From a bacterium (GTDB lineage: Bacteria > Verrucomicrobiota > Verrucomicrobiia > Limisphaerales > UBA11358), in the NCBI GenBank assembly GCA_021813325.1, contig JAKALA010000010.1:79-64078 (forward strand): DNA of 64,000 nucleotides, given 5' to 3'. Positions 46,681 to 55,600 of the stretch are shown one piece after another. How positions within the stretch are numbered: the first letter of the stretch is position 1; every line of letters begins with the position of its first letter. Below the pieces are notes generated by a model that was not told the origin of the DNA, searched no databases, and worked only from the letters and a program-made list of their open reading frames with translations. The position numbers and the translations under genes were made by a program.

Positions 46681-47328
46681 ATGAAAATATACAAGGAAAA
46701 AACCTTATCGGTATTCGCGCTCTTGTGGTTGCTGATGTGGGGCTGTCTTTCGGCTGTTGATGTCGCTCATGCTCAAGGAATCCAGGCGGGAACGTCTGCG
46801 GTGACGCCCGTGACCCAGCAGGTGGAAACGGGGCCGATTCTGGACGTGGTGCCCTACGTTTTGTCGGATGGCTACACAATCAACATGGCGCTCATTCCGT
46901 CGGTGACTGAATTTACCGGTTACGAAACGCCGCCGCCTGTGGCCAGCGTCACCGGCAATTTGAATGTGGTGCAATTACCGGTGGTTTTGCCCAGCTTCAC
47001 CGTGCGGCAGGTGGTCACCACGGTCAACGTGTGGGACAACCAGACGGTGGTTATCGGTGGTTTGGTTTCATCCTCCACGCAAACCACGAAGGACAAGGTT
47101 CCCGGGCTGGGGGATCTGCCGTTTTTCGGACGTTTGTTCCAAAGCCAGTCCAAGACTTCGGTGAAGAAAAACCTGATGATTTTTGTGACGGCCACCATTG
47201 TGGACCCGGCCGGCAACCGGGTGCATTCGGACGACGAATTGCCGTTTGCGCAGACGGGATTTCCCGTGCAGCCGCTGAATGCCGGCAAGCCGGTGGAAAC
47301 CACGGTGCAAAAATTGGGCCAGCCGTAA
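46681..47328 (+). CDS. secretin, C-terminal cistron: own signal peptide + main secretin beta-barrel domain
   Basis: MKIYKEKTLSVFALLWLLMWGCLSAVDVAHA|QG leader. Then GPILDVVPYVLSDGYTINMALIPSV, LPSFTVRQVVTTVNVWDNQTVVIGGLV and KVPGLGDLPFFGRLFQSQSKTSVKKNLMIFVTATIV, the canonical C-terminal secretin motifs. Confidence 0.8.
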   Translation: MKIYKEKTLSVFALLWLLMWGCLSAVDVAHAQGIQAGTSAVTPVTQQVETGPILDVVPYVLSDGYTINMALIPSVTEFTGYETPPPVASVTGNLNVVQLPVVLPSFTVRQVVTTVNVWDNQTVVIGGLVSSSTQTTKDKVPGLGDLPFFGRLFQSQSKTSVKKNLMIFVTATIVDPAGNRVHSDDELPFAQTGFPVQPLNAGKPVETTVQKLGQP

Positions 47329-47336
47329 GCGAGTTC

Positions 47337-48221
47337 GTGAAGCGGCTGCTGATTGTCGATGGCCACGCCTATGCCTACCGGGCGTTTCATGCCATTCGCG
47401 ATTTGCGTTCGCCCTCGGGGCAGCCGACGAATGCCATTTATGGCTTCGTAAAAATGCTGGGGAAAATGCGGACGCTGGTGCAACCGACGGATTTGATGGT
47501 CGTGTGGGACGGCGGATTGAGCGAGGAACGGAGGCGGTTGTTGCCGGATTACAAGGCGCAGCGCGCGGAGATGCCGTTGGATTTGCGGCCGCAGTTGGAT
47601 GAAATGAGCCGCTATTTGGCCGCCGCCGGAGTGGCGGAGTATTGCGGCGATGGCGTGGAAGCGGATGATTACATCGCCAGCTTGGCCCGACGGGCGGCGG
47701 CGGCGGACTGGAGCGTGGTGATCGCCAGTTCCGACAAGGATTTTATGCAGTTGGTCTCGGATCGGATCGGATTATTGAATCCGAACGACAAGAGCGGCGC
47801 GGTCTGGAAACCGGAGCAGGTTTGGTCCAAGACCGGAGTGCGGCCGGATCAGGTGGCGGACTGGCTGGCCTTGATGGGGGATGCGGTGGACAACATTCCG
47901 GGCGTGCCCGGAGTGGGGACCAAAACGGCGGCCGAGCTGCTGAAGCAGTTTGGTTCGATTGACGGCCTGTTCAGCCGGTTGAGCGAGGTGAAATCGGAGA
48001 GATTGCGGATGGCCTTGCAGAAGGCGGTGGCGGACATTCGCAGAAACCAGGCGCTGGTCCGGTTGCCGGATGTGCCGGGTGATTTTTTGCCGGAGCAATT
48101 AAGTCTCCGGCCGGTGAATAATGGGGCGTTGCGTGAGTTGTTTGGCGGCTGGGGTTTTAAGGGCATGCTGGCCGGGCTGGACGCCGCCCTGATTTCGGAG
48201 AAACAGTCGGAATTGATTTGA
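47337..48221 (+). CDS. stand-alone 5'-3' exonuclease (Pol I N-terminal domain / FEN-like)
   Basis: GTG start at 47337 (in frame with track ORF 47031..48221, whose 5' part overlaps the secretin cistron). KRLLIVDGHAYAYRAFHA, DYKAQR, ADDYIASL, SSDKDFMQL and H3TH GDAVDNIPGVPGVGTKTAAELL. Confidence 0.88.
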   Translation: MKRLLIVDGHAYAYRAFHAIRDLRSPSGQPTNAIYGFVKMLGKMRTLVQPTDLMVVWDGGLSEERRRLLPDYKAQRAEMPLDLRPQLDEMSRYLAAAGVAEYCGDGVEADDYIASLARRAAAADWSVVIASSDKDFMQLVSDRIGLLNPNDKSGAVWKPEQVWSKTGVRPDQVADWLALMGDAVDNIPGVPGVGTKTAAELLKQFGSIDGLFSRLSEVKSERLRMALQKAVADIRRNQALVRLPDVPGDFLPEQLSLRPVNNGALRELFGGWGFKGMLAGLDAALISEKQSELI

Positions 48222-48337
48222 AAATGAATTTGCATAGCTGGTTCAACAAGTTGGCTGGAGCTGTGAAGGATCCGGCCGCCGCGGTGGAACTTTTCCAAAG
48301 TTCACGCCGGGGCAGGTTATTTTCCCACTGCGCGACC

Positions 48338-50308
48338 ATGTTTTCCTCCACCCCTTGCAAAGCCCTGGCGCTGGCCATCGGTCTGTCCGTGTCGGCATCG
48401 GCGATCGCTGATGCGCAAACCGCCTATTACACGACCAATGGCACGGAATATCCGCTCGTCGGCGCCTTGCCCTACGACCAGATGTTTCCCGACGTGGCGT
48501 TGTCGGCCAACGGCGGGTTTGTGGTCTGGCAGGATTACGCCACGGATGGCAGCGGCTGGGGTTTGAGCGCCAGCCGGCTGGAGGCCAATCTGACGGAATC
48601 ATTGAATTTGAGCCATTTCCGGGTCAATGCCACGGGGGATTACGATCAGGAAAAGCCGCGCGTTGCGATGTTGAAAGATGGCGGGGCCGTGTTTGTATGG
48701 CAGGGTGGCCAACCCGGTTACCAGCACATTTACGGGCGCTTTTTGACCGCCACCAACACCTTCCGTTCCACCAACGACCTGGCGATCAACGCCACGACCA
48801 ATTGCTTTCAGCTCAACCCGTCTCTGGCTGTGCTGAACAACAGCAACGTCGTGGTCGTTTGGGCGAGCCTCAACCAAGCCGGGCCAAACAGCCTGCAGGA
48901 TGTTTACGCGAAGATTCTTTCGCCGACGGGGACCACGGTGAAGAGTGAATTTCTGGTCAATCAATTCATCAGTTTCAACCAGCGTTCTCCGGTGGTGACG
49001 GCGCTGAAGAATGGCGGTTTTGCGGTGGCTTGGGTGTCCGAGCAGCAACGGGTGGCCGCGCCGGTGTTGGGGACAAACTCGACCGCGCAGGCCGTCAGCA
49101 GCCTGGTGGTTCCGAGTGTGGATATTTACGCCCGCTTGTTCCAAAGCAGCGGGACGGCGGCGGGCAATGAATTCCGGGTGAATGCCGACAATTCCCCCGG
49201 CGCCAATCCGGCCATCGCATCCGCTGCGGATGGCAGTTTCATGGTGGCCTGGTCGGCGTATGATACCCTCGTGCAAAGCAACGGCTGGGATGTCTGTGCG
49301 CGGCCTTTTGACCCGAATGGCGTCGGCGGAACGGCCTTTCTGGTTAATACACACACGTTGGGCGACCAATACGCGCCCTTGGTTTGCGCCCTGGGCAAGG
49401 ACTATTTGCTGGCTTGGACCAGCGATGGTCAGGATGGCTCGCGCGAAGGCGTTTATGGCCGGTTTGTCCATGAAGACGGCACCCCGACCAGCGCCGAATT
49501 CCAGGTGAACACCACCACGGCCAGCCAGCAAATGCAGCCGGCGGTGGCGTCGGATGGCGGCAATCAATTTTTGGCGGTATGGACCTCGTTTACGGGGTTG
49601 AATTCCAGTTTCGATGTTTATGCGCAGCGCTTCATCAATGTTGACGCGGCCTTGATGCCCATGCCGGCGCCGTTTGTTTTCCGTCCATTCGTGGTCAGCA
49701 ACGGAGTGTATCAACCGCAATTGCAGGTGGTCTGGAAACCGCTGGATGGCATTGTGGTTTCCAACTACGAGGTTTATGTGGATGGCGCGGCCACGCCGAT
49801 GGCGGCCACGACCAGCAATGTTTGGGTGATGACGGCGGCCAATGGGTTGACGGCTAACAGCACGCATTCCTTCCAAATCGACTATGTCAAGCCTAGCGGA
49901 TCACGCCCGCCGCTTTCGGCGGCCACCAGCCAGACCACTTGGGGTGGAATGAACTGGGGCGGTGTGCCGTTTGAATGGATGACCGAATACTATGGCTCCG
50001 ATGTGAGCACTTGGCCTTCGCCAAATGCAAACTTGCCGGGGGGAAATTTAACCTTGGCCAAGATTTTTTTGAGTGGCGGCAATCCGCTGGATCCCAGCAC
50101 GTGGCTGACCCAGCAAATTGTGAATACCAAGGCCGGGGTTTATTTGTTCTGGAATACCCAGCCGGGCTTGACCTATCAGGTGCAAGTCACCACGGATTTC
50201 GCCAACTGGACCAATGTGGGCGATCCCCATTTCGCGACCGATGTTCAATCCTCGGTTTTACTCGGCCAAAGTGCCGCCGGGTATTACCGGATATTGCTGG
50301 TGCGCTAA
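48338..50308 (+). CDS. secreted 7-repeat (beta-propeller-like) protein + FN3-like domain + C-terminal YYRIL module
   Basis: Signal peptide MFSSTPCKALALAIGLSVSASAIADA. Seven ~55-aa repeats follow the pattern (E)F.VN...Q..P.va....G.F.VaW.S...dG...V(Y/C)(G/A)R.F...G, for example EFRVNADNSPGANPAIASAADGSFMVAWSA and EFQVNTTTASQQMQPAVASDGGNQFLAVWTS. The tail is VYLFWNTQPGLTYQVQVTTDFANW...GYYRILLVR. Confidence 0.7.
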   Translation: MFSSTPCKALALAIGLSVSASAIADAQTAYYTTNGTEYPLVGALPYDQMFPDVALSANGGFVVWQDYATDGSGWGLSASRLEANLTESLNLSHFRVNATGDYDQEKPRVAMLKDGGAVFVWQGGQPGYQHIYGRFLTATNTFRSTNDLAINATTNCFQLNPSLAVLNNSNVVVVWASLNQAGPNSLQDVYAKILSPTGTTVKSEFLVNQFISFNQRSPVVTALKNGGFAVAWVSEQQRVAAPVLGTNSTAQAVSSLVVPSVDIYARLFQSSGTAAGNEFRVNADNSPGANPAIASAADGSFMVAWSAYDTLVQSNGWDVCARPFDPNGVGGTAFLVNTHTLGDQYAPLVCALGKDYLLAWTSDGQDGSREGVYGRFVHEDGTPTSAEFQVNTTTASQQMQPAVASDGGNQFLAVWTSFTGLNSSFDVYAQRFINVDAALMPMPAPFVFRPFVVSNGVYQPQLQVVWKPLDGIVVSNYEVYVDGAATPMAATTSNVWVMTAANGLTANSTHSFQIDYVKPSGSRPPLSAATSQTTWGGMNWGGVPFEWMTEYYGSDVSTWPSPNANLPGGNLTLAKIFLSGGNPLDPSTWLTQQIVNTKAGVYLFWNTQPGLTYQVQVTTDFANWTNVGDPHFATDVQSSVLLGQSAAGYYRILLVR

Positions 50309-50322
50309 CTAATTTATTTTGT

Positions 50323-52650
50323 ATGCAGCAAATGCTTAAACGAATTGTTTGGATTCTCCTGCTGGCTTCCGGCTTGCAAACCTCCTGGGGTTTTTCTGTG
50401 GAGGGTCCGATCGCCAATGGCGGTGACGCCTGGCAGGCGGCCAGTCTTGGATATGGCCCCCCATTTGACGTGGTTGCCCCCAAAAATCTGGGCGAAGAAT
50501 ACCGCCGTAATATTCCCACGAATTATTATGCGTTTGACGCGAATTTTTATGATTATTTTGGCCCGGAAGGAGCCGCCTCCGTGGAGGCCACGTTTGCCAT
50601 GCTGAATTCGCTGACCGATGTGGATTCATACAGCCAGCAGTTGACGGAATTTTCCCTGGAAACGCGGCAGATGAATTATCAAGCGCAGGCGTTGGGATTG
50701 CTGGACTTGAAATCTTACACGCTCACGCTGATGATGAGCCAGGTCGGCTTGGCAAACCCGATCGCATACGCCTGGACCTTGCATAATCGGACTTTGCCTC
50801 CTGGCGCGGCTTGTCCGAATTATTTTTACACGGTTGTGCAGCGGAATTTTGACTTTTATGCGACCGCCTTGAACCAGTTGCCATACTCGCCCTACATCAA
50901 TAACACGCTTTATAACTATCGAATCCGTGAAGAGTGCCCCGTGGTGGATCGGGCCAAGGCAATTCCCTTTGCCGTCGATAAACTGGCCAACATTTATTCG
51001 CCAGTGGCCTCCGAGCAAATCGAATGGGGCGATTATTTCATCGGCCTCACCCGGGATGACGCGGCGGGAATGCGCTATCTGCTGTCCACCAACAATATCA
51101 ATTGGGAAACGCCGGCGGCGGATAGTTTGCTGGTCATCACCAACTTTGCGGCGCAAGCCTTGTTCCCAGCCTCAATCGCGACCAACAGCGGCTATTTGTA
51201 TCCCGGCGATGGGACTTATTATGGCACCGCCAGCTTGAGTGCGTTGTTGAGCTATGCCAGCACCAACAATCTGGCCACCATCCAGGCGCGGTTTCCCGGC
51301 GTGCAGGCCACGGTGGTTTCCAACTACTACACGACCGTCTGGATCACCAATACCGTTGCGTATTATACGAATTATTATGGAGAAGCCATCGGTTCGCCGG
51401 CCCATCTGATTGTCACTTCCGTCCCGACCTTGGCGGTGGTTCCGAACTATGTTTATCATTTTGATAATATCATCATCTGGACCAATTACTCACTGAGCAC
51501 CACTTCCTATATTCAGACCATCACCGTTGGTCCGCAAAACGGCGCCCCGATTGGCAGTCCCAATGCGACCAACGTCACCACGACCACGGTGTCGAACTCA
51601 GTTGCTTCTGGTGAATTTTATATTTTGCCGACCAACAGTCCTTGCGGCGTGGACATTCTTGAACCGCCGCTGCTCACGCTCACGAATTACACGACCAACG
51701 TGCTGGTGTTCTCCAGTTCCACCAACGTGACCACGACCGGAACCAACACGACGACCTCGACCACAACCACGACCAATTCAACCCAGTCCTACACCCAACA
51801 GGAGGTGACGCCCAGCCTCAGTCATGTGTTTCTGATCCATCCGGTGACATGTGGCGAAACCAACGCCATATCGGGCTTATACCGTGGTATTGGAAAAATC
51901 CGATATGTCCGGGCCGATTTTGATTCAATGTTGGGTCAATACTGGCAGCCGATCACCAACGATTACACCATGCAGTTGATCACCAACGGCGTGGAAACCA
52001 CCCGCAGTTTCCGACGGATCGTGACGCAGCCGGACTTTTTGTTTTCCGCCTTGGATCTGACGCCGGGACCAAGCAGTTTGGTCATTCAAGGCATGACGCA
52101 ATCGACCGTTCCGCCTTTTGATACGGCCAACGTCTATCCCGGATTGGCTGGACCGGGGACGATTACGCCGGCCACCACCATTTCCTTCAACAAGGACGGC
52201 CCTCTCTATTACAATCAATACCCCGACCAACTGACTGGAAATCCGTATTTTAAACCCGGCAATACGCCGGGAAGTGACTTGGCGGATTCCTTTTTCAGCG
52301 GTTATTTTACTTGGGCGTCGTTTGACGGCACCACCAACGCTCCGACGGTTTATCCCAACGGCACCAGTCTTGACAATCTGGCGCGCCAAATCCTAGTGCA
52401 ATTTTCACCGGCCACCCTGCCGCTGGGTTCGGCAGGGGACGCGTATAAGACTCAATTTAGTGCGACTGGCGGTGGGTTCACCGCGCCGTTTACTTGGACC
52501 TCCACCGAATTGCCGGCGGGATTGACCTTGACCCCCGGTGGTTCGCTTTCAGGCACCCCAACGGTGGCGGGCACTTATGATTTCACCCTGACATTGACAG
52601 ACGTCAATTCACGATCTGTGCAATGGAATTACACGATTATCATTCAATGA
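50323..52650 (+). CDS. secreted 775-aa protein of unknown function with Thr-rich linker and C-terminal putative Ig (He_PIG-like) domain
   Basis: Leader MQQMLKRIVWILLLASGLQTSWG, 14 nt after the upstream stop. NVTTTGTNTTTSTTTTTNST linker. The C-terminus LPLGSAGDAYKTQFSATGGGFTAPFTWTSTELPAGLTLTPGGSLSGTPTVAGTYDFTLTLTD fits the 'putative Ig' pattern. Confidence 0.65.
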   Translation: MQQMLKRIVWILLLASGLQTSWGFSVEGPIANGGDAWQAASLGYGPPFDVVAPKNLGEEYRRNIPTNYYAFDANFYDYFGPEGAASVEATFAMLNSLTDVDSYSQQLTEFSLETRQMNYQAQALGLLDLKSYTLTLMMSQVGLANPIAYAWTLHNRTLPPGAACPNYFYTVVQRNFDFYATALNQLPYSPYINNTLYNYRIREECPVVDRAKAIPFAVDKLANIYSPVASEQIEWGDYFIGLTRDDAAGMRYLLSTNNINWETPAADSLLVITNFAAQALFPASIATNSGYLYPGDGTYYGTASLSALLSYASTNNLATIQARFPGVQATVVSNYYTTVWITNTVAYYTNYYGEAIGSPAHLIVTSVPTLAVVPNYVYHFDNIIIWTNYSLSTTSYIQTITVGPQNGAPIGSPNATNVTTTTVSNSVASGEFYILPTNSPCGVDILEPPLLTLTNYTTNVLVFSSSTNVTTTGTNTTTSTTTTTNSTQSYTQQEVTPSLSHVFLIHPVTCGETNAISGLYRGIGKIRYVRADFDSMLGQYWQPITNDYTMQLITNGVETTRSFRRIVTQPDFLFSALDLTPGPSSLVIQGMTQSTVPPFDTANVYPGLAGPGTITPATTISFNKDGPLYYNQYPDQLTGNPYFKPGNTPGSDLADSFFSGYFTWASFDGTTNAPTVYPNGTSLDNLARQILVQFSPATLPLGSAGDAYKTQFSATGGGFTAPFTWTSTELPAGLTLTPGGSLSGTPTVAGTYDFTLTLTDVNSRSVQWNYTIIIQ

Positions 52651-55600
52651 AGAGCAAGACTTACCTGAACCACCCGTTCAAATTGGGGCGTGGCTTGATG
52701 CATTGGCCGCTGCTTTGTGGCTTGTTATTGCTGCCCTTCGCTGGGAAAACGGAGGCGGCGGACGGCCTTTACCAGAATGATGCCGTCATCACTTATCCTG
52801 GGACGGTCATGTATCCGCCGGTGGTGGATGCCACTAATTTTGTCAATACCGGCACCTTCCTGATCAATTTTACCGATCCGAATCTGACGGCCGGGTATAT
52901 CCAGCCTTTCTATGAAACCTCGGATACGCTGAATTACACCAACACGGGTTTGATGATGGTGAACAGCGGTTTCCGGTTTGATTTGCAATTCCCGACAAAT
53001 GCCATCTCCGGTGTTATTGCGCAAACAAATCGTCTGCCGGCGGCTAATTTCTACAATCAAGGCACGGTGAGTTGCAGTTCCACCAACAACACGACGGACC
53101 CTTATTTTGGTTTGCTCGGCTCCTATTTGGGTTACGCCCAGTGTTTTGTGAATGCCACCAACGTGGTGAATCCGGGTGATATTGTCGCTGGCGTTGATGG
53201 ATTGATCCAATTGAAGGGCCATTCGATCAATATGGAAAACGGCTCCCTTCGCATTGAGGGCAACAACACCGGGGCCAACGTGTTTGGCGCGGGTGACTTT
53301 GGTTTGAATACCAATTTTTGGAATCCTTATTTTGACCTGTATGCCATCGCCCCGGAAGCCCTGTCATCGCCACCGCGGCAGTTATTATTGACGAATGCCT
53401 CAGCTTATATTTTTCCTTACCCGGGAGTGAGCAACAACATTTATAACGTGGTATTCCTGCAAGACGCGCCCAACGCCAACATTACTCACAATGTTTATTT
53501 GGGCAACAGCCAAAGATACGCCTATATCGAGTGGATCGGACAATATCAGGATGCGGCCACCGGCGAATTCCGGAAGAATTATTTTTATCTCGCCGACGAT
53601 TATATTTTGGGGGCTTCCACCAATGTGATGCTACAGGCCAACGGCATACCTGACAATTTTTACTTCTATGCTTCCCCAACCAAACTTGGGCTCGGAACCC
53701 CTACGCCCAAAGGTCTGTCTAATATCTTCCCGAACGAAGGGATTACCAATCTCTATTCGTATGCCAGCATTGATTTGACATCAGTTACCGCACCGACCAA
53801 TTCCATCTCCAATTATTCGATCACCAACCTGCCCGGGCGCGTCGAACTGCTGGCGGATCAGGATTTGAATCTTTCCAACTCGGTCATCACCGGCCCCAAT
53901 TACTTGTCGGTGCAGGCTCCCCAACAGTTTGACGGCAGCGCGGGTGCCCGGATTGAGGCGCCCTATGCGGACATCAACGTCGGTGCCACCAACGGCCTTT
54001 TGACGGTGTCGAACTTGTTCACGCCGGTTCTCCTAAATTGGAATGGTAACATTCGGGCGTGGACCACCCGTTGGCAGAGTGTGGATGCCACCGGGGTGAC
54101 CAATGATTTCCACGTTTTGATCGTGGGCAGCCAGCTTCAGCCCACGACCCTGGCCCAAGTGCAGGATTTGTTCTTGCATGGCACGAACAGCATTGTCCTG
54201 AGTGATTCCATGAACGTGATGCGCAATTTCTCTGCCGATGCGCAAAACCTGACGATAACCACCAACGGTTTTGGTCAAGGCGCGACTTCGCTTGCGGGCG
54301 GTTTAAATCTGGAAACGTCAGGCATATTCTGGTCCAGTGCGCTGCCCAATTTGCGGAATCTCACCAATAACGGCGCGATCCAAACCCTGAATCTGGCCCA
54401 GTTCATGGGTTGCTCCAACAATATCGCGGTCAAAAATTCCGTTGCTGCCGTGGCCGCCGGCGGCACGCTTTCGGAAGTGTCTGCTGCCAACGTGGTCAAT
54501 GGTTCAACAGTAACTATTTTCACGAACAACTACGTGTTTGTGTCCCAACTCACGAACAGCCTGCCGAACCAGGTCATGATCGCCTCGACCCTCGACGGCT
54601 CCCTGAGCAATCTGGTCGCCGCCATCAACAGCGGGAGTGGTCCCAGCTCGGCTTATAGCTCCAATACTCTGGCCAATCCGCTGGTCCAGGCGGGCGCGAT
54701 GGCGTCCACTGGCAGCCTCACCAACCACGGTTTTGTGGTGTCCGCCCGGACGGCCGGAACCAATGGCAACCTCATCAAAATCGCCACCACCTCGGCGAGT
54801 TTGACTTGGAACGGCTTTACCAAGTTGACCGGCGGCGCCGAAGCGGTTGTGGGTTCCACCAACATTGTCAGCACCACGAACTATCCCTACGGTAACTTCG
54901 TCAACCGGGGCTTGCTGGTGGACGAAGGCGCCGTCCTTTGGGCCAATAACTTTGAAAGCAGCGGCATTATTTCCAACCAGATCAGCAGCATTTCCACTGG
55001 ATCATTCATTGCCACCAACGTAACCACCACGTTAACCAATGGCACCCTTGTGGCCGGCGGCGACATTGTCATTACCACGGGCAGTTTGGTGACCAGTAAT
55101 GTGCTCTTGCAAGCCGGGTTGTCCTTGCAATTGAATGTCAGCGGCACCCTCAGCGACACCTGCTTGACCAATGGCAACATCTGGACCGTGCAGGCCGCGA
55201 ATTCCACCGGCGGCAATGGCTTGATGATGTTGACCAAACCCCACGCAGGCGATTTGCTCGGCACTACCATCACGAATTTTGCCCCCGCTCCCAACCGGCA
55301 GACCCTCAATTATTGGGCCGGTGCCGACTACGGCGTTTCCAGCGCCGGATTCGCCAACAACGGCGCCATCGGCCATTTGGTGCTGGATGCGGTGGGACCC
55401 AACAGCCAGTTCCGATTCTATGGCGTGGGTGCCACCAACGCCATTTACGTGGATCTGCTGGAGTTCAAGGACGCCATGACCAACGGCATCAACAACAGCT
55501 TCGATTTCGGCCAGAACCTGTTCATCAACAGCAATATTACAATCTATTTCTCGCAGGCGATCGCGAATGGAGTCTCCATTGCCGAGAAAATTGATGATGC

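Noticed and set aside
47031-47336. 5' extension of the exonuclease ORF (track start 47031)
   Set aside because: It overlaps the secretin C-cistron in another frame. The conserved 5'-3' exonuclease N-terminus (KRLLIVDGHAYAYRAF) begins right at the GTG at 47337, 8 nt after the secretin stop.
48599-49876. 425-aa minus-strand ORF
   Set aside because: It lies antisense to the 7-repeat secreted protein, is Arg/His/Gly-rich and has no motifs.
49975-50322. 5' extension of the 50323..52650 gene overlapping the previous gene
   Set aside because: The signal peptide (MQQMLKRIVWILLLASG...) starts at ATG 50323, just after the upstream stop. The extension merely reads through the 3' end of the neighbouring gene in another frame.
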